From positions 1 through 62,861 of the forward strand of contig CAVWLW010000005.1 of NCBI GenBank assembly GCA_963755715.1: a stretch of 62,861 nt of DNA. Reading direction: 5' to 3'. Positions 16,099 to 27,923 of the stretch are shown piece after piece. A program made the translations under genes and the position numbers. Source of the DNA: an uncultured delta proteobacterium. GTDB lineage: Bacteria > Desulfobacterota > Binatia > UBA9968. A model generated the notes under the pieces. It searched no databases. It was not told where the DNA came from and saw only the letters and a program-made list of their open reading frames with translations. Every line of letters begins with the position of its first letter. The first letter of the stretch is position 1.

Positions 16099-17840
16099 CT
16101 AAATCTGTTCGAGCTCCTCGCTCAGGCGCTGCTGCTGATAAAGCTCGGCATAGACGCCGCCGTCGCGCACCAGTTCGTCGTGGTTGCCGCGCTCAATGAT
16201 TTTGCCTTCGTCGAGCACGAGTATTTCGTCCGCCTCGCGCACGGCGGAAATCCGGTGCGAAATGATCAGGCAGGTTTTTTCTTTGAGAATGGCGCGCAGC
16301 CCGTGGAGAATCTCGGCTTCGGTCTGAGCATCGACGCTGGACAGACAATCGTCGAGAATCAGCACCGGCGGATCCATGATCAGGGCGCGCGCCAGCGTAG
16401 CGCGCTGCTTTTGCCCGCCGGAAAGCGTCACGCCGCGCTCGCCGACCAGGGTCTCAAGACCTAGCGGAAAAATTTCTACGTCACGGTCCAGCTTAGCGAT
16501 CTCGACGGCGCGGGCGAGCTCTTCCGCGGAATAACTTTCCCGGCCCAGGGCGAGATTCGCCTTTAGCGAGGTGGAGAAAAGAAACGGCTCTTGGGGCACG
16601 TAGCCGATCAATCGGCGCAAATCGCGCAACGCCAGCTTACGAGTATCCTGACCGTCCACAAGAATGGCGCCGGTCGAGACATCGAACATTCGCGGCACCA
16701 ATTGCGCCAGAGTGCTTTTCCCTGAGCCGACGCGCCCAACCAACCCAACCGAGCGACCGACGGGAAGCGTGAAATTGATCCCTTCGAGCGCCGAGTGGCC
16801 GTTTTTCTGCCGCTCATAAGCGAAGGAGACGTCGCGGAATTCGATGCCTTCTTTGAGCGCATGGATTGCCGGGGACGCCGCTTCGTCGGTGATTTCGGGG
16901 TTAGTTTCGAGAATCTCTTCGAGACGGCGCATCGCCGCGCGGCCGCGCTCGACCAGAGAAAGCATCCAGCCAAACGCCGCGGTCGGCCAAGCCAGCACGT
17001 TCAGATAGGCGATGAACGCGACAATATCGGCGACCAGCAAGTCGCCGCGCATCACCCGAATACCGCCGTACCAGATCACGATCAGCACCGTCAGGCCGTT
17101 GATGCCCTGCATGATCGGATTAACGATGCCGCGCATCTTCGCCATCTCCATGCTTTTGACTTCGTAGTCCTTATTCAAAGCGATAAACTGCTGGGCTTGG
17201 AAATCCTCCTGCGCGTAAGCTTTCACGACATGCATGCCGCTTAAATTCTCCTGCACATGGCTGCTGAGAGCCGACATCTGTTGCTGCACTTCGAGGGAGC
17301 TTTTCATGATCCGGCCGCGAAAGCTGGTGCGCGACGTAGATCAACAACGGAAACGGCGCGACCGCCGCCAACGTCATGCGCACGTCCATCGAAAGCATCA
17401 ATGCCATGGCATAGACGTAGTAAAGCGGCGCGTTGACAAAATTGAGGACTCCCGGACCGAGCATAACGCGCACCGCGGAGATGTCATTGATCACCCGCGA
17501 CATCAGATCGCCGGTTCTTTGCTTGTGATAATAAGACAGCGGCAGCTTTTCCAGGTGTGCAAACAGGTCGTTGCGCAAATCGTACTCAACATCGCGCCCG
17601 GCGTTGAAAATCAGCGCGCGCGAATAGGTGCGGACGAATCCCTGCAGCGACGGCCGCGGCGATGATCAAGACGGCGTAGTAGGTCACATCGCTGAGGGAG
17701 CCGCCGTGTTCGATGATGCGGACGGCCTCGCGAATCCACCAGGGAATCCACATGACCAAGGTCGCCGTGCCGAGAAGACAAAGCCCGCCGAACAGGTAAC
17801 GTCGCCAGTAGCGCCAGAGGTATTGGGATATGCGCCCCAT
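16099..17840 (-). CDS. ABC exporter, fused permease/ATPase (heterodimer subunit A); frameshifts at ~17648 and ~17325
   Basis: Three ORF pieces join; [38 protein letters not shown]. Confidence 0.93.
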
Positions 17841-17967
17841 GAAGTCCTACTAGGATACTCTACGAGGTTCACAGTCGCAAGAAACGACACGAAACCCTCT
17901 CGCAAATTGCCGCCGCAATCGAGTGCTCGCTTGACAACACCGCGGCGCTCCCCAATAACTAGTCTTC

Positions 17968-19803
17968 ATGATTCAAACAAAACAACAGCGCCGCGAGGCG
18001 ATCCGCAACATCGCGATCATCGCCCACGTCGATCATGGCAAGACCACCCTGGTCGACGCCATGCTGCGCCAAAGCGGTATTTTTCGCGCCAACGAGCAGG
18101 TCGCCGACCGGGTCATGGACTCGATGGAATTGGAACGCGAGCGCGGCATCACCATAATGGCTAAGAACACGACGATTCACTACGGTGAAGTGAAAATCAA
18201 TATCGTCGACACGCCGGGTCATGCCGACTTCGGCGGCGAAGTCGAGCGCACCCTCGCCATGGTCGACGGCGTCATGTTGCTGGTCGACGCCTCGGAGGGG
18301 CCGCTGCCGCAAACCCGCTTCGTGCTCAAAAAAGCCCTCGAGGCCAAGCTGCCGCCGATCGTATGCATCAACAAGATCGACCGGCCCGACGCGCGGGTCG
18401 CCGCCGTGTTGGATGAAATCTACGATCTCTTCATCGATCTCGACGCCAGCGAAGATCAACTGGACTTTCCCGTGGTTTATACCAACGCTCGCGCAGGCAC
18501 GGCGACGCGGGATTTAAAACAGCCCGGCGTAGATCTGAAACCGCTTTTCGACTTGATCGCGCAAACGCTGCCGGGTCCAGCCTTCGATCCTGACGCGCCG
18601 ACGCAATTTCAGGCGAATAACCTCGACTATAACGATTATGTCGGCCGCCTGGCGATCGGGCGTCTGAAAAACGGCAGGCTCGCCATCGGCAACTATACGC
18701 TGTGCCGCGTCGACGGTACGCGGCAAGCCGTCAAAGTCACTCAAGTCTTTGGCTGGCAGGGGTTGAAGCGCAGCGAAGTCGAGTGCGCCGAAGCGGGCGA
18801 TATCGTCGCCCTTGCCGGCATCGAAGACATCGGCATCGGCGATACCGTCGCCGACCGGGACGATCCCAAGCCGCTACCGGCGCTGCGCATCGACGAACCC
18901 ACCATCGCGATGATTTTCAGCTCCAACAATTCACCGTGGGCCGGCCGGGAAGGGGATTTCGTCACCTCGCGCAAATTGCGCGAGCGGCTTTTCTTGGAGC
19001 AAAAGAAAAACGTCAGCCTGCGCATTATCGACACCGAACAGCCCGACGCCTTTCAAGTCACCGGCCGGGGTGAGTTTCAGCTCGCGATTATTATCGAGAC
19101 GATGCGCCGCGAAGGCTACGAGCTGATGGTATCGAAACCCACGGTGGTCACGCGCGAAATCAATGGCAAACTGCACGAGCCCATCGAATTGCTCGTCATC
19201 GACATTCCGGAAGATTTTATCGGCGTGGTCTCTCAGCTCCTCGCCATGCGCAAGGGCAAGATGACCAAAATGACTCACGGGGGCTCGAGCCGGGTGCGCT
19301 TGGAATTCAACGTGCCGTCGCGCGGCTTGATCGGCTTTCGCTCGCGCTTTCTCACCGATACGCGCGGCACCGGCATCATGAACGCGCTGTTCGACGGCTG
19401 GTCGCCCTGGCACGGCGCGATTCAAAGCCGCAGCAACGGCGCCATGGTCGCGGACCGGGAAGGCCCCTCTACGCCCTACGCGATTTTTCATCTGCAGGAA
19501 CGCGGCGTTATTTTTATTTCGCCGGGCGCGCGGGTTTACGAAGGCATGGTCGTCGGCGAATATTCCCGCGACGTGGATTTGAACGTCAATATTTGTCGTG
19601 AGAAAAAACTAACGAATATCCGCGCCGCAGGCCGCGACGAGAATATCATCATCACGCCGCACCGCGAGATGGGCCTTGAAGAAGGGATCGAATGGATTGC
19701 CGATGAAGAATTGGTCGAAGTCACGCCGCAATCGATTCGCCTACGCAAAAAAGCCCTGAAGCAAGCGGACCGGCCGCGGCGCCGCCAAGAAGAGGGTGAA
19801 TAG
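17968..19803 (+). CDS. typA: Translational GTPase TypA/BipA
   Basis: [41 protein letters not shown]-terminal [10 protein letters not shown] and [14 protein letters not shown]. Confidence 0.98.
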   Translation: MIQTKQQRREAIRNIAIIAHVDHGKTTLVDAMLRQSGIFRANEQVADRVMDSMELERERGITIMAKNTTIHYGEVKINIVDTPGHADFGGEVERTLAMVDGVMLLVDASEGPLPQTRFVLKKALEAKLPPIVCINKIDRPDARVAAVLDEIYDLFIDLDASEDQLDFPVVYTNARAGTATRDLKQPGVDLKPLFDLIAQTLPGPAFDPDAPTQFQANNLDYNDYVGRLAIGRLKNGRLAIGNYTLCRVDGTRQAVKVTQVFGWQGLKRSEVECAEAGDIVALAGIEDIGIGDTVADRDDPKPLPALRIDEPTIAMIFSSNNSPWAGREGDFVTSRKLRERLFLEQKKNVSLRIIDTEQPDAFQVTGRGEFQLAIIIETMRREGYELMVSKPTVVTREINGKLHEPIELLVIDIPEDFIGVVSQLLAMRKGKMTKMTHGGSSRVRLEFNVPSRGLIGFRSRFLTDTRGTGIMNALFDGWSPWHGAIQSRSNGAMVADREGPSTPYAIFHLQERGVIFISPGARVYEGMVVGEYSRDVDLNVNICREKKLTNIRAAGRDENIIITPHREMGLEEGIEWIADEELVEVTPQSIRLRKKALKQADRPRRRQEEGE

Positions 19804-19805
19804 TT

Positions 19806-20138
19806 CTATTTCGTAGGAGGAGGCGGCAGTTTGTCGCAAAACTCCTTTTTCACGAACATCACGTAAAGTCCCGCCGAAGGCGCCCGGACCTCGACGGAAG
19901 GGCGAGTGCCGGCTTTGAATTCCTTGATGTCCGCCTTGTGCCCCGCCGCGCGCAACCTTTCCACCAACTGAGCGGGGCTTTGAATATCGCTGTACTCGGC
20001 CCCTTTCTTGCTCAGTATTGATATCGGCGCGCACTCGCCTTCACGGCCGGCCAAAAGCCACGGTCCCGGATCCTCCGTAACCGGCGGCGCTTTGCGCAAC
20101 TTTCGTCTTGTCAGCTTGCGCCGCCATGCACAGAGCAT
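19806..20138 (-). CDS. Hypothetical protein
   Basis: 110-aa ORF filling the gap between typA and the VOC gene. The N-terminus is uncertain. Confidence 0.45.
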   Translation of the reverse strand: MLCAWRRKLTRRKLRKAPPVTEDPGPWLLAGREGECAPISILSKKGAEYSDIQSPAQLVERLRAAGHKADIKEFKAGTRPSVEVRAPSAGLYVMFVKKEFCDKLPPPPTK

Positions 20139-20230
20139 GGAGCCGCGGCGAGAAAAACCACTACCAGCATCGATGAAATGTTTTTACTTATCGTATCGAT
20201 CATCGCCCCGTCTCCGAAAGAGATCAAAAA

Positions 20231-20593
20231 TTAATCCGAATGCAATGCAACTCGGTTGCCCTCGCTATCGATAATAATGGCGCGAAATCCGAATGGACCG
20301 ATGGGATGTTTAGGCTTGATAACTTTGCCGCCGTTCGCCGTTACCGCCGCAATGGCATCATCCAATCGGCCGTTGGCGTTCAAGTAGATCATCGCGCCCT
20401 TTTCCGACGGCTTTTCTTCCTCGCTGGTAAATAAACACGCGCCGACTTCGCCGTCATTGTGCGGCAGGAGACCGATCGTCATGCCGGAAAAATCCTGTTT
20501 CTTCACGGCTTGACCGAGCACCGCCGAATAGAATCTCACCGCCCGATCCAAATCTAAGACGGGAATGTCGCACCACACGATTTGATTAGCCAT
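20231..20593 (-). CDS. VOC/glyoxalase family protein
   Basis: IVWCDIPVLDLDRAVRFYSAVLG...GGKVI.PK.PIG..GFRA.I.DSEGNRVALHS. Confidence 0.9.
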   Translation of the reverse strand: MANQIVWCDIPVLDLDRAVRFYSAVLGQAVKKQDFSGMTIGLLPHNDGEVGACLFTSEEEKPSEKGAMIYLNANGRLDDAIAAVTANGGKVIKPKHPIGPFGFRAIIIDSEGNRVALHSD

Positions 20594-20670
20594 GGTCGAA
20601 CTCCTTCACTTAGACGATAATTAAAAACCGGCATTCACTCAATCGTCGTCGTATTTTGGCTCCTTATTTC

Positions 20671-21130
20671 CTAAACTCCACACCAGGCTTTTGCAATCTC
20701 GGCATAAGCGTCCACGCAAGTGATCTCTTCGCCCGCCGTGAAGATGAGCATCATCCCGGCTCTTCGATGCGAAATCTTCGCCAGCCGAAGCGCCATGACA
20801 GTCATCGCCGCCACGCCGCTTTTCATATCCGAAGTCCCGCGTCCGTAAAGTTTGTCGCCATGTGTCTCACCGGCAAAAGCATCCTGGCCCCGCGGTGAAA
20901 CGCCCAACGGAACGGTATCGACATCTCCGGTAAAGCAGATCGGTAATTTTTTGTCGCCGCCCGCAAGTTGGGCGATAAGTGTCGAACGTTATCCGACAAC
21001 TCGTAGTAACGAACTTCGAATCCCACTTCCTCGAGCATTGTACCGAGATACTGCGCGCACGCGCGCTCATTGCCCGGCGGGTTGACTGTGTTAACTGAGA
21101 GGAGTTGCGCGTCAGCGAAAGTGATTTCAT
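20671..21130 (-). pseudogene. Degraded N-terminal part of an M20 (ArgE/DapE-like) metallopeptidase
   Basis: Fragments in several frames: NTVNPPGNE, PICFTGDVDTVPLG, GDKLYGRGTSDMKSGVAAM, IFTAGEE. It is truncated after the EE motif. Confidence 0.8.
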
Positions 21131-21132
21131 CG

Positions 21133-22134
21133 TTATCTCGGATTGGTGCCGCCCCACAGCTTGTCGAAAAAGCCGCTTTTTTCTATCTCGTCCAGATAGC
21201 GCCGGTCATAAAGCTCTTGCGGCTTGAACTTCTTCGCTCGGGGATCGGTCGGCGCGATATCGTCGAGGATCGCCTGGACGGCTTCCAGTTTTAGCTCCAT
21301 GCGCGGCTCCAATGCCTTTATCTCAGCGTTATAAGCCTGGTCCAAAACCTTTTTGTCGTCGATGCGCAGGTACTTGCTCAAGACTTTGAAAACGATCTCT
21401 TTGTCCGTGTGCAAGACCTTCGCGGCCTCCGCCATGGCGCGCATGAATCGGCCGATGAGCGGCGAGTTCTGCGCCATAAAGGAGCGGCGCGTAATCAACG
21501 ACACCGCGACTTGCGGAATGCGCAGGTCGGGGCCGTAAACGACGTAACTGTACCCCTGCGAAATAGCGCGCGCATCCCAGGGTGCTGACATGGTACCGGC
21601 ATCGATGGCGCCGGAGAGCAACGCGGCCAGCATTTCCGGCGCGCCGCCGGTTTGAATCATTGAATAATCCCGCCCGGCTTCCATATTACGCTGCTTAAAG
21701 GCCTGAACGGCGAAGTAGTGGGTGGTGGCGCCGATGCGTGTGACACCGATTTTTTTGCCGCGCAGATCCTCCAGCCTTTTTATTTCCGGCTTGGCGAGAA
21801 TGCTCTGGGTTAGATGATTTTTTATGCCCGCGATGAATACGAGATCGTTATTGCCACCCAACACGGTGCGCACAAGTCCGACGCCGCCGTCGATCAAGAT
21901 CTGCGCTTCACCGCCCAACATCGCCGCCGTAGCCAGCGGCGAAGTGCCGATGTAAACCAACGGAAATTCCAAATTGTACTTGCGAAAGATCCCCGTCTCT
22001 TGCGCGATCCACGGCATCGACTGCGACATTACGCGAGCGGACTGGACGCCGATAAGACGGTCCGCGCCGCCAATAGGAGCCGCACCAATCAACGAACTTA
22101 CGAGACACAAGAGAAACAACTTTTGCATCATCAT
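21133..22134 (-). CDS. ABC solute-binding protein, NMT1/SsuA-like (orphan)
   Basis: Signal peptide; PWIAQETGIFRKYNL, IKRLEDLRGKKIGVTRIG, ALLSGAIDAG. Confidence 0.9.
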   Translation of the reverse strand: MMMQKLFLLCLVSSLIGAAPIGGADRLIGVQSARVMSQSMPWIAQETGIFRKYNLEFPLVYIGTSPLATAAMLGGEAQILIDGGVGLVRTVLGGNNDLVFIAGIKNHLTQSILAKPEIKRLEDLRGKKIGVTRIGATTHYFAVQAFKQRNMEAGRDYSMIQTGGAPEMLAALLSGAIDAGTMSAPWDARAISQGYSYVVYGPDLRIPQVAVSLITRRSFMAQNSPLIGRFMRAMAEAAKVLHTDKEIVFKVLSKYLRIDDKKVLDQAYNAEIKALEPRMELKLEAVQAILDDIAPTDPRAKKFKPQELYDRRYLDEIEKSGFFDKLWGGTNPR

Positions 22135-22424
22135 AGTTTCGCTCCTCTCCTGCCGACCCCCAACGATAAGAATCGCGCCCAGCCGTGCTTCTTCAATCGG
22201 TTGGCTAAGGCCTTTTCTGTTACCCGATACTTGAACGCCTTCCGTCCGTCGATGAAAAGCAGCGGCACTTCGTTGCCAAATTCATCTCGAAGCTCGGGCA
22301 AGCCATCGACATCGATTTCATCAAGGTCGAGTGGAATTTTCCCCGACACCCGCCGCACCACTGCTTTCATCTCGTCGCAGAGACAACAATCTTTCCGCGT
22401 GTATAGCTTTAATTTAGCATTCAT
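22131..22424 (-). CDS. Glutaredoxin-like protein (DUF836)
   Basis: LYTRKDCCLCDEMK...EIDVD...EVPLLFIDG; ATGA overlap with the AsmA-like gene. Confidence 0.85.
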   Translation of the reverse strand: MNAKLKLYTRKDCCLCDEMKAVVRRVSGKIPLDLDEIDVDGLPELRDEFGNEVPLLFIDGRKAFKYRVTEKALANRLKKHGWARFLSLGVGRRGAKL

Positions 22425-25400
22425 TTTGACGGCGCGCTCGCGGGCTCTTTGGGCGGTTCTTGCCTCTGCTCCCCTTCGCCGAAGCCGATGATGTTCTTTG
22501 GTATCCCCAGGACACCCCAAAACCATTCCGACAAGGTCCCCAGCGGCGCCGCCGTGATCGTTGGCTCGTCGATCCGGCCCGTGATGTGGAAGCTCGCCAC
22601 CAGAAAAGAATTCTTGATAGCGGCGATGCTCCGTCCAAGCACCGGTATGTAACTCATCGCCGAATCGATACCGGCGAACGGGCGCACCGCCACGATGAAA
22701 TCGACTTCGTCCTCGGGCACGTCGATCTTGCCGATGCCGGTCATGCGTAGATCGCTGCTGTCGACGATGAGATTTTCCGTGGAATAGACGCCCTTGGTGA
22801 CCTTGAAATCTCCGGTGATGCTGCGGAAGCGGATTCCTTGCTTCGTAAGATCCGGCAGCTGAAGCGTGAACCAGCGCGAGAGGTCTAGCAGGTTGAGTAT
22901 TTGCACCAAGACGCGCATGCGGTGGATCGTGCCGTCGGCGATGCGAAGATTAAACGCGCCATTGAGATTTTGCTTGCGCTCCGTATCGTTTCGGCCGACG
23001 GTTTCGAGCTTGCCCGTGAGATGGACCTGACCGGTCATCTCGGCGGTGGTGACGCCGAACCAGTGCAGAAAAGATTGGATCGGCACTCCTTGGATCTGCG
23101 GATTGCTGACCACCCCCAGAGTATCCGGCTTATCGAAGATCGTTGTCACTCCTTGAATCGCGCCGCCCGCCGAGCTCGCGGTCAAATTCGTCAGCCGCCA
23201 GACCCGGCGATCGATCGTCACGTTGGTTTTCACGTCGTTGAAATCGAAATTTTTGATCCGCCCTTTGTTCAGCGCGATCTTTCCTTCAGCCACCAAGTTT
23301 GCGTAGAAATCGCCCAACAACTCCGGATCGATCTGCGAGATCAAATAGGTGATATCAAGATCGGGCGCGGCAAAGTCGAAGAGCAGCTGCGGCTTGCCGC
23401 TGAAGCGCCAGCGCCCGCTGGCGCCGGCGGGAAAGCCGACCAGAGACGCGCGGATATTTTGAAAATCGATGCCGCTGTCGTCGATTTTGATTCTGCCATT
23501 GAGCTCGCGCAGCGGCTGAAGCAGGGGATGGATCATAAGCTGCACGTTAAACAAATCGAGGTTGCCGGTGAGCTTGCGCCGGCTTTTGTCGGCGAGCGAA
23601 CCGGCATAGCGCAGCGCGCCGCGCACGACCCCGGGATCGCGCAAGTCACCGGTTTCGAGCAATAAATGGCTCACCAGCCCGGCTCGCATGCCACCGGATT
23701 CGATGCCGAGATCGAAAGTGCCGGCGTCGCTGTCGTAATCTTTGAGCGCCAATTGAATCTGGATCGGCGAACCGTTCAATTGCGCGCGGATTTTTTCCGC
23801 CTTGATCTCTTTCGCCGTGACTGCGAGATCTCCTTGCAATTCGCTAAAAGCGTACTCGTCGTAGCGCAGCCGGGCATTGTCCAACGTCATTTTGCCGTCG
23901 AACTGCAGCGGCTCCTGCGGCGACCGCTCGAGGGCAAGATCGATCTTCGAGCGTCCGCTGAGCTCCTGAAGAGAGGCGATGAATTTGTCGGCTGGCGGCG
24001 CAAAGCCGCCGGATCTCACTTGTTCTTTGAGCTCCGCCAAGTTGACGTCGCCGCGCGCCTGCAGGGTCAATTTACCGGCGTTCGCCGGCGACAAATCATA
24101 CGTTCCATTGATGTCGCTCCAGCGCGCATCGCCGTAAGCGGCTTGGATATTCTTGAAGGCGAGGACGCCATTCGCCAAACTGAGCCAACCACTGACGCCG
24201 CGAAGCATGAGCGCGTTCTCCATCGGCGGCGCGGCGGCGAAATCGCGCAGCTCGGCGTCGAACCAAACTTGTTGGCCCAGTCCGGTCCGCGCCAACCGTC
24301 GAAGCTGGCTCAACGTCGCATCGATGCCGGCCTTCTTCACCTCCAATTGTCCGGCTTGGATCGAATCGAGGGTCTTTTCCAGTGGCGCGGATTCGACGAT
24401 TTTTATCGGCAGATATCTACGCAAGGCGGCAACCGGCGCCGACAACAACCCGAGATTCAGGCGCAAACGTGGATCGTTGCCGTCCAGCGCGCTGATGTTC
24501 CCTTGCAGGGAAAATTTGAGATCATTGGCGCGAAAATCGGCGTGGCGGATTTGTAAAAGGCGCTCGCTCCAATCGACGTCAAAGCTCACCCGCCCGTCCG
24601 CTCCCGCGAGAGGCGCAAGAAAAAGCTCTGGGGCATCGACGGCAAGCTGCCTGAACTCGACGTCGCCGTTGATGTGTAACTGCTCAGCCGGGCTTCCTTG
24701 CACACGCAAGTGCTGGGCGAGAAGACCGCTCATATGTTTGATCGGCACGCGCGCGCTGACGTAGTCCTTGACCAGCGTTGCCGGAAAATTCACCAGCTCG
24801 AGGTCGGCATTCCAGCGCGCCTCACGCAGGTCGAAGGTTGCACGCGGAAACACGAGATAACCCCGGGCGTTGAGATTCATCTTGGAGCCGTCTTTGATAA
24901 CGGCGCTTTTGAGATCAAACTCCAGCCCTGCACCGGATTCCGCAGGCTGTTGCTTGAAAAGACTTTGAAAAAAATCCCGCAGACGTTGGCCGCGCACGTG
25001 ATCGAGCTCCAGTTTGGCATCGACAAGCCGCCATTTTTTTTCACCGCCCGACGGCGCTTGATCGGTAACCTCGAAGTCGCCGCCGTCGACTTTCAGCGAG
25101 TGCAGGTCGAAACTGAATTCACTGTTCTGCTGTTTTAGAAACGGCAGATTGAGCAGCTTGTCGAGCAGCGGAAAGCGCCCTGCCGGGTCGCGAACCAGAC
25201 GCAGCGTCGGTCGCGTCAAGCGAATTTCATAGAAGATCACCTGGCGGCGCAGCAGCGGCCGCAGCGCGACGCGCGCCGTGACCCGCGCCGCGGTGATCGC
25301 CGGTTGCGCCGCGTCGGCTTCGGTCAGGGCAACGTTTTGAAAAACGACGCCGGTGATCCAGCCGATTTCGATATCGGCGCCGCCTACTTGCGCTTTTAAC

Positions 25401-25543
25401 TCGGTTTGTTTTTCAATCTCGTCGACCAAGTAACGGCGCAATTCGCCGACCCGCGTCAAATAATAGAACGCTAAAATCGCCACGACGAAAAACAGACAGA
25501 GAATCGCGCTTAAGAAACCGAGAAGCTTGAAAATTTTTCGCAT
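22421..25543 (-). CDS. AsmA/YhdP-like large periplasmic protein
   Basis: N-terminal TM anchor, long beta-rich body, C-terminal FRSITGDFKV..G...TENL...IPVLG...F.ITG..DEP. Confidence 0.85.
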   Translation of the reverse strand: MRKIFKLLGFLSAILCLFFVVAILAFYYLTRVGELRRYLVDEIEKQTELKAQVGGADIEIGWITGVVFQNVALTEADAAQPAITAARVTARVALRPLLRRQVIFYEIRLTRPTLRLVRDPAGRFPLLDKLLNLPFLKQQNSEFSFDLHSLKVDGGDFEVTDQAPSGGEKKWRLVDAKLELDHVRGQRLRDFFQSLFKQQPAESGAGLEFDLKSAVIKDGSKMNLNARGYLVFPRATFDLREARWNADLELVNFPATLVKDYVSARVPIKHMSGLLAQHLRVQGSPAEQLHINGDVEFRQLAVDAPELFLAPLAGADGRVSFDVDWSERLLQIRHADFRANDLKFSLQGNISALDGNDPRLRLNLGLLSAPVAALRRYLPIKIVESAPLEKTLDSIQAGQLEVKKAGIDATLSQLRRLARTGLGQQVWFDAELRDFAAAPPMENALMLRGVSGWLSLANGVLAFKNIQAAYGDARWSDINGTYDLSPANAGKLTLQARGDVNLAELKEQVRSGGFAPPADKFIASLQELSGRSKIDLALERSPQEPLQFDGKMTLDNARLRYDEYAFSELQGDLAVTAKEIKAEKIRAQLNGSPIQIQLALKDYDSDAGTFDLGIESGGMRAGLVSHLLLETGDLRDPGVVRGALRYAGSLADKSRRKLTGNLDLFNVQLMIHPLLQPLRELNGRIKIDDSGIDFQNIRASLVGFPAGASGRWRFSGKPQLLFDFAAPDLDITYLISQIDPELLGDFYANLVAEGKIALNKGRIKNFDFNDVKTNVTIDRRVWRLTNLTASSAGGAIQGVTTIFDKPDTLGVVSNPQIQGVPIQSFLHWFGVTTAEMTGQVHLTGKLETVGRNDTERKQNLNGAFNLRIADGTIHRMRVLVQILNLLDLSRWFTLQLPDLTKQGIRFRSITGDFKVTKGVYSTENLIVDSSDLRMTGIGKIDVPEDEVDFIVAVRPFAGIDSAMSYIPVLGRSIAAIKNSFLVASFHITGRIDEPTITAAPLGTLSEWFWGVLGIPKNIIGFGEGEQRQEPPKEPASAPSK

Positions 25544-25750
25544 GTGGAGAATAGCACCAGTGGAATGAAATCGGCATCCTATCAATCGGCCGACGCGCGC
25601 CGGCGCGGCGATTTTTTCGGTCATGCTAGAGGAAGTTTTTCGGCGGCGCAAGGGATTGAGAATACAACGGATTCAGTCGCGCTGCGCGGGTTGGGCACGG
25701 CCCGATTTCACAAACGCGGGGAATGTTGATAAGAGTGATCGGCAATTCCA

Positions 25751-27739
25751 GTGGCTAGCACGCGTCTCGCATCACTCAGGGAACTACTTTTCGGTAAGCC
25801 TAAAGATCCGCTCGATCCCAAGGTTTTTCACCAAATCTCCCTGGTCGCCTTCTTAGCCTGGGTCGGCCTGGGCGCCGACGGCCTCAGCTCATCGGCCTAT
25901 GGGCCGGAGGAAGCCTACTTAGCGCTCGGGCAATACTTTTATCTTGCCCTGCCGCTCGCTTTGCTGACCGCCGTCACGGTCTTTGTCATCTCCGCGAGCT
26001 ATTCGCAGATCATCGAGCTTTTCCCTACGGGCGGCGGCGGTTATTTGGTCGCAACCAAATTATTGGGGCCCAGGGCCGGCCTCGTTTCCGGATCGGCGCT
26101 GGTCGTCGACTACATGTTGACGATCACGATATCGATCGCGAGCAGCGCCGACGCGCTTTTCAGCTTTCTCCCGATCGCCTTCCAGCCAGTAAAAATCTTC
26201 GCCGAAATTCTGCTCATCTTCGGGCTGATCTTGTTGAATCTGCGCGGCGTCAAGGAATCGGTTTTGATCCTTTTGCCGATTTTTTTGTTATTCATCGTCA
26301 TGCATTTTGTCGGAATCCTTCTCGGCGTCGGGCCGCATCTAAGCGCTATGCCGGCGCTCGTCGCCAACTCCTATAACGAGGTCGTGCGCGACACTCAAAC
26401 CTTGGGACTGCTGGCGACGCTGGCGATCCTACTGCACGCTTACAGTCTCGGCGGCGGCACTTACACCGGCATCGAAGCAGTCAGCAACGGGTTGCAGATC
26501 CTGCGTGAGCCGCGCGTGGAAACCGGTAAAAAGACCATGCTTTACATGGCCACCTCGCTGGCTTTCACGGCGAGCGGCATCTTGCTCTGCTATCTATTGA
26601 ATCAGGTCAAACACGAGCCCGGCAAGACGCTCAATGCCAGCCTTTTTTCCGGTGTTTTCGCCGGCTTCTTCGGCGCGGACGCGGCTCTCACGACCTCGCT
26701 GGTCATTTTGATCCTGCTTACCGAAGCCGCCTTGTTGATCGTTGCGGCCCAAGCGGGATTCCTCGACGGGCCGCGCGTGCTCGCCAACATGTCGCTCGAC
26801 TCCTGGGCGCCGCATCGTCTTTCGCATTTGAGCGACCAGCTCGTGACCCGCAACGGCGTCTGGTTCATGGGCTTGGCCTCGCTGGGTTTTCTTATTTATA
26901 CGCGCGGCGACGTGAGGCTTCTCGTCGTCATGTACAGCATCAACGTATTTCTGACTTTTACCCTTTCGCAGCTCGGCATGTGCCGCCACTGGTGGGAGGT
27001 GCGAGGTGCGGAATCCCGGTGGCTGCGCAAGCTCTCGGTCAATGGCTTGGGGCTTTTACTCACCGGCCTGATCCTGTGCGTGACGGTCACGACCAAATTC
27101 GCCGAAGGCGGCTGGGTCACCCTGGTCGTCACGCTCGTGTTCATCCTGTTCTGCCAGGTCGTGCGCTCGCACTATGGTCGGGTGCAAGGCGCGCTCAAAA
27201 GTCTCGACGACACGCTGCTCACTCTGCCGTTTCAACCGAACTTGAGGGAGCCCGTGCCGTCTAAAGATCCCAAGGCGCCGACGGCCGTCATCATCGTGCG
27301 CGACTTCGACGGCATCTCGGTTCACACGTTGCTCAATATTCAGCGTCTCTTCCCCAACCATTTTAAGAATATCGTGTTTATTTCGGTCGGCGTCATCGAT
27401 ATCGGTCAGTTTAAAGGCCACCAGGAAATCGACAATCTACGCCGGAAAGTCGAGGAAAATCTTCAAAGCTTCGTCGAGTACGCGAACTGCCTGGGCTGGT
27501 ACGCCGAGTCGCGCTATGGCTTGGCCGTCGATCTGATCGCCGAGCTGGAAGAGCTCTGCGAAGCGGTCGCGAAAGAATTTCCTCGCGCCATGTTTTTCAG
27601 CGGTACGCTGGTTTTTCAACAAGAAAACTTCTTCACTCGTTGGCTGCACAATCACACGCCGCTCACCTTGCAACAGCGCCTGCAGTTCGCCGGCCACGAT
27701 ATGATGATTTTGCCGATCCGGGTTTTTGCCAGCCCCTAA
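25751..27739 (+). CDS. APC-superfamily transporter, KimA/YdaO-like (possible K+ uptake)
   Basis: DGLSSSAYGPEE, YSQII..FP.GGGGY.VA, NLRGVKES, TGIEAVSNG, plus a cytoplasmic C-terminal domain. Confidence 0.8.
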   Translation: MASTRLASLRELLFGKPKDPLDPKVFHQISLVAFLAWVGLGADGLSSSAYGPEEAYLALGQYFYLALPLALLTAVTVFVISASYSQIIELFPTGGGGYLVATKLLGPRAGLVSGSALVVDYMLTITISIASSADALFSFLPIAFQPVKIFAEILLIFGLILLNLRGVKESVLILLPIFLLFIVMHFVGILLGVGPHLSAMPALVANSYNEVVRDTQTLGLLATLAILLHAYSLGGGTYTGIEAVSNGLQILREPRVETGKKTMLYMATSLAFTASGILLCYLLNQVKHEPGKTLNASLFSGVFAGFFGADAALTTSLVILILLTEAALLIVAAQAGFLDGPRVLANMSLDSWAPHRLSHLSDQLVTRNGVWFMGLASLGFLIYTRGDVRLLVVMYSINVFLTFTLSQLGMCRHWWEVRGAESRWLRKLSVNGLGLLLTGLILCVTVTTKFAEGGWVTLVVTLVFILFCQVVRSHYGRVQGALKSLDDTLLTLPFQPNLREPVPSKDPKAPTAVIIVRDFDGISVHTLLNIQRLFPNHFKNIVFISVGVIDIGQFKGHQEIDNLRRKVEENLQSFVEYANCLGWYAESRYGLAVDLIAELEELCEAVAKEFPRAMFFSGTLVFQQENFFTRWLHNHTPLTLQQRLQFAGHDMMILPIRVFASP

Positions 27740-27923
27740 GTGCGGCGACCACGACATTGTTTTTTGTATTGATTCATGCGCTATAAGATCTTTCGCCGCT
27801 AAATGTCGCCCTGGAGTGTTTGCATTGCGCTTGCACCATGTTAGAGTTTATTGTTGACAGCCTAGACTTAACTTGTTAGATAGAAAAAAAATTTTCACCA
27901 CGTTGATGCTTGAGGGAAAAACC

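Noticed and set aside
25544-25750. c-di-AMP (ydaO) riboswitch upstream of the KimA-like gene
   Set aside because: No recognisable conserved riboswitch motif by eye in this short divergent intergenic region.
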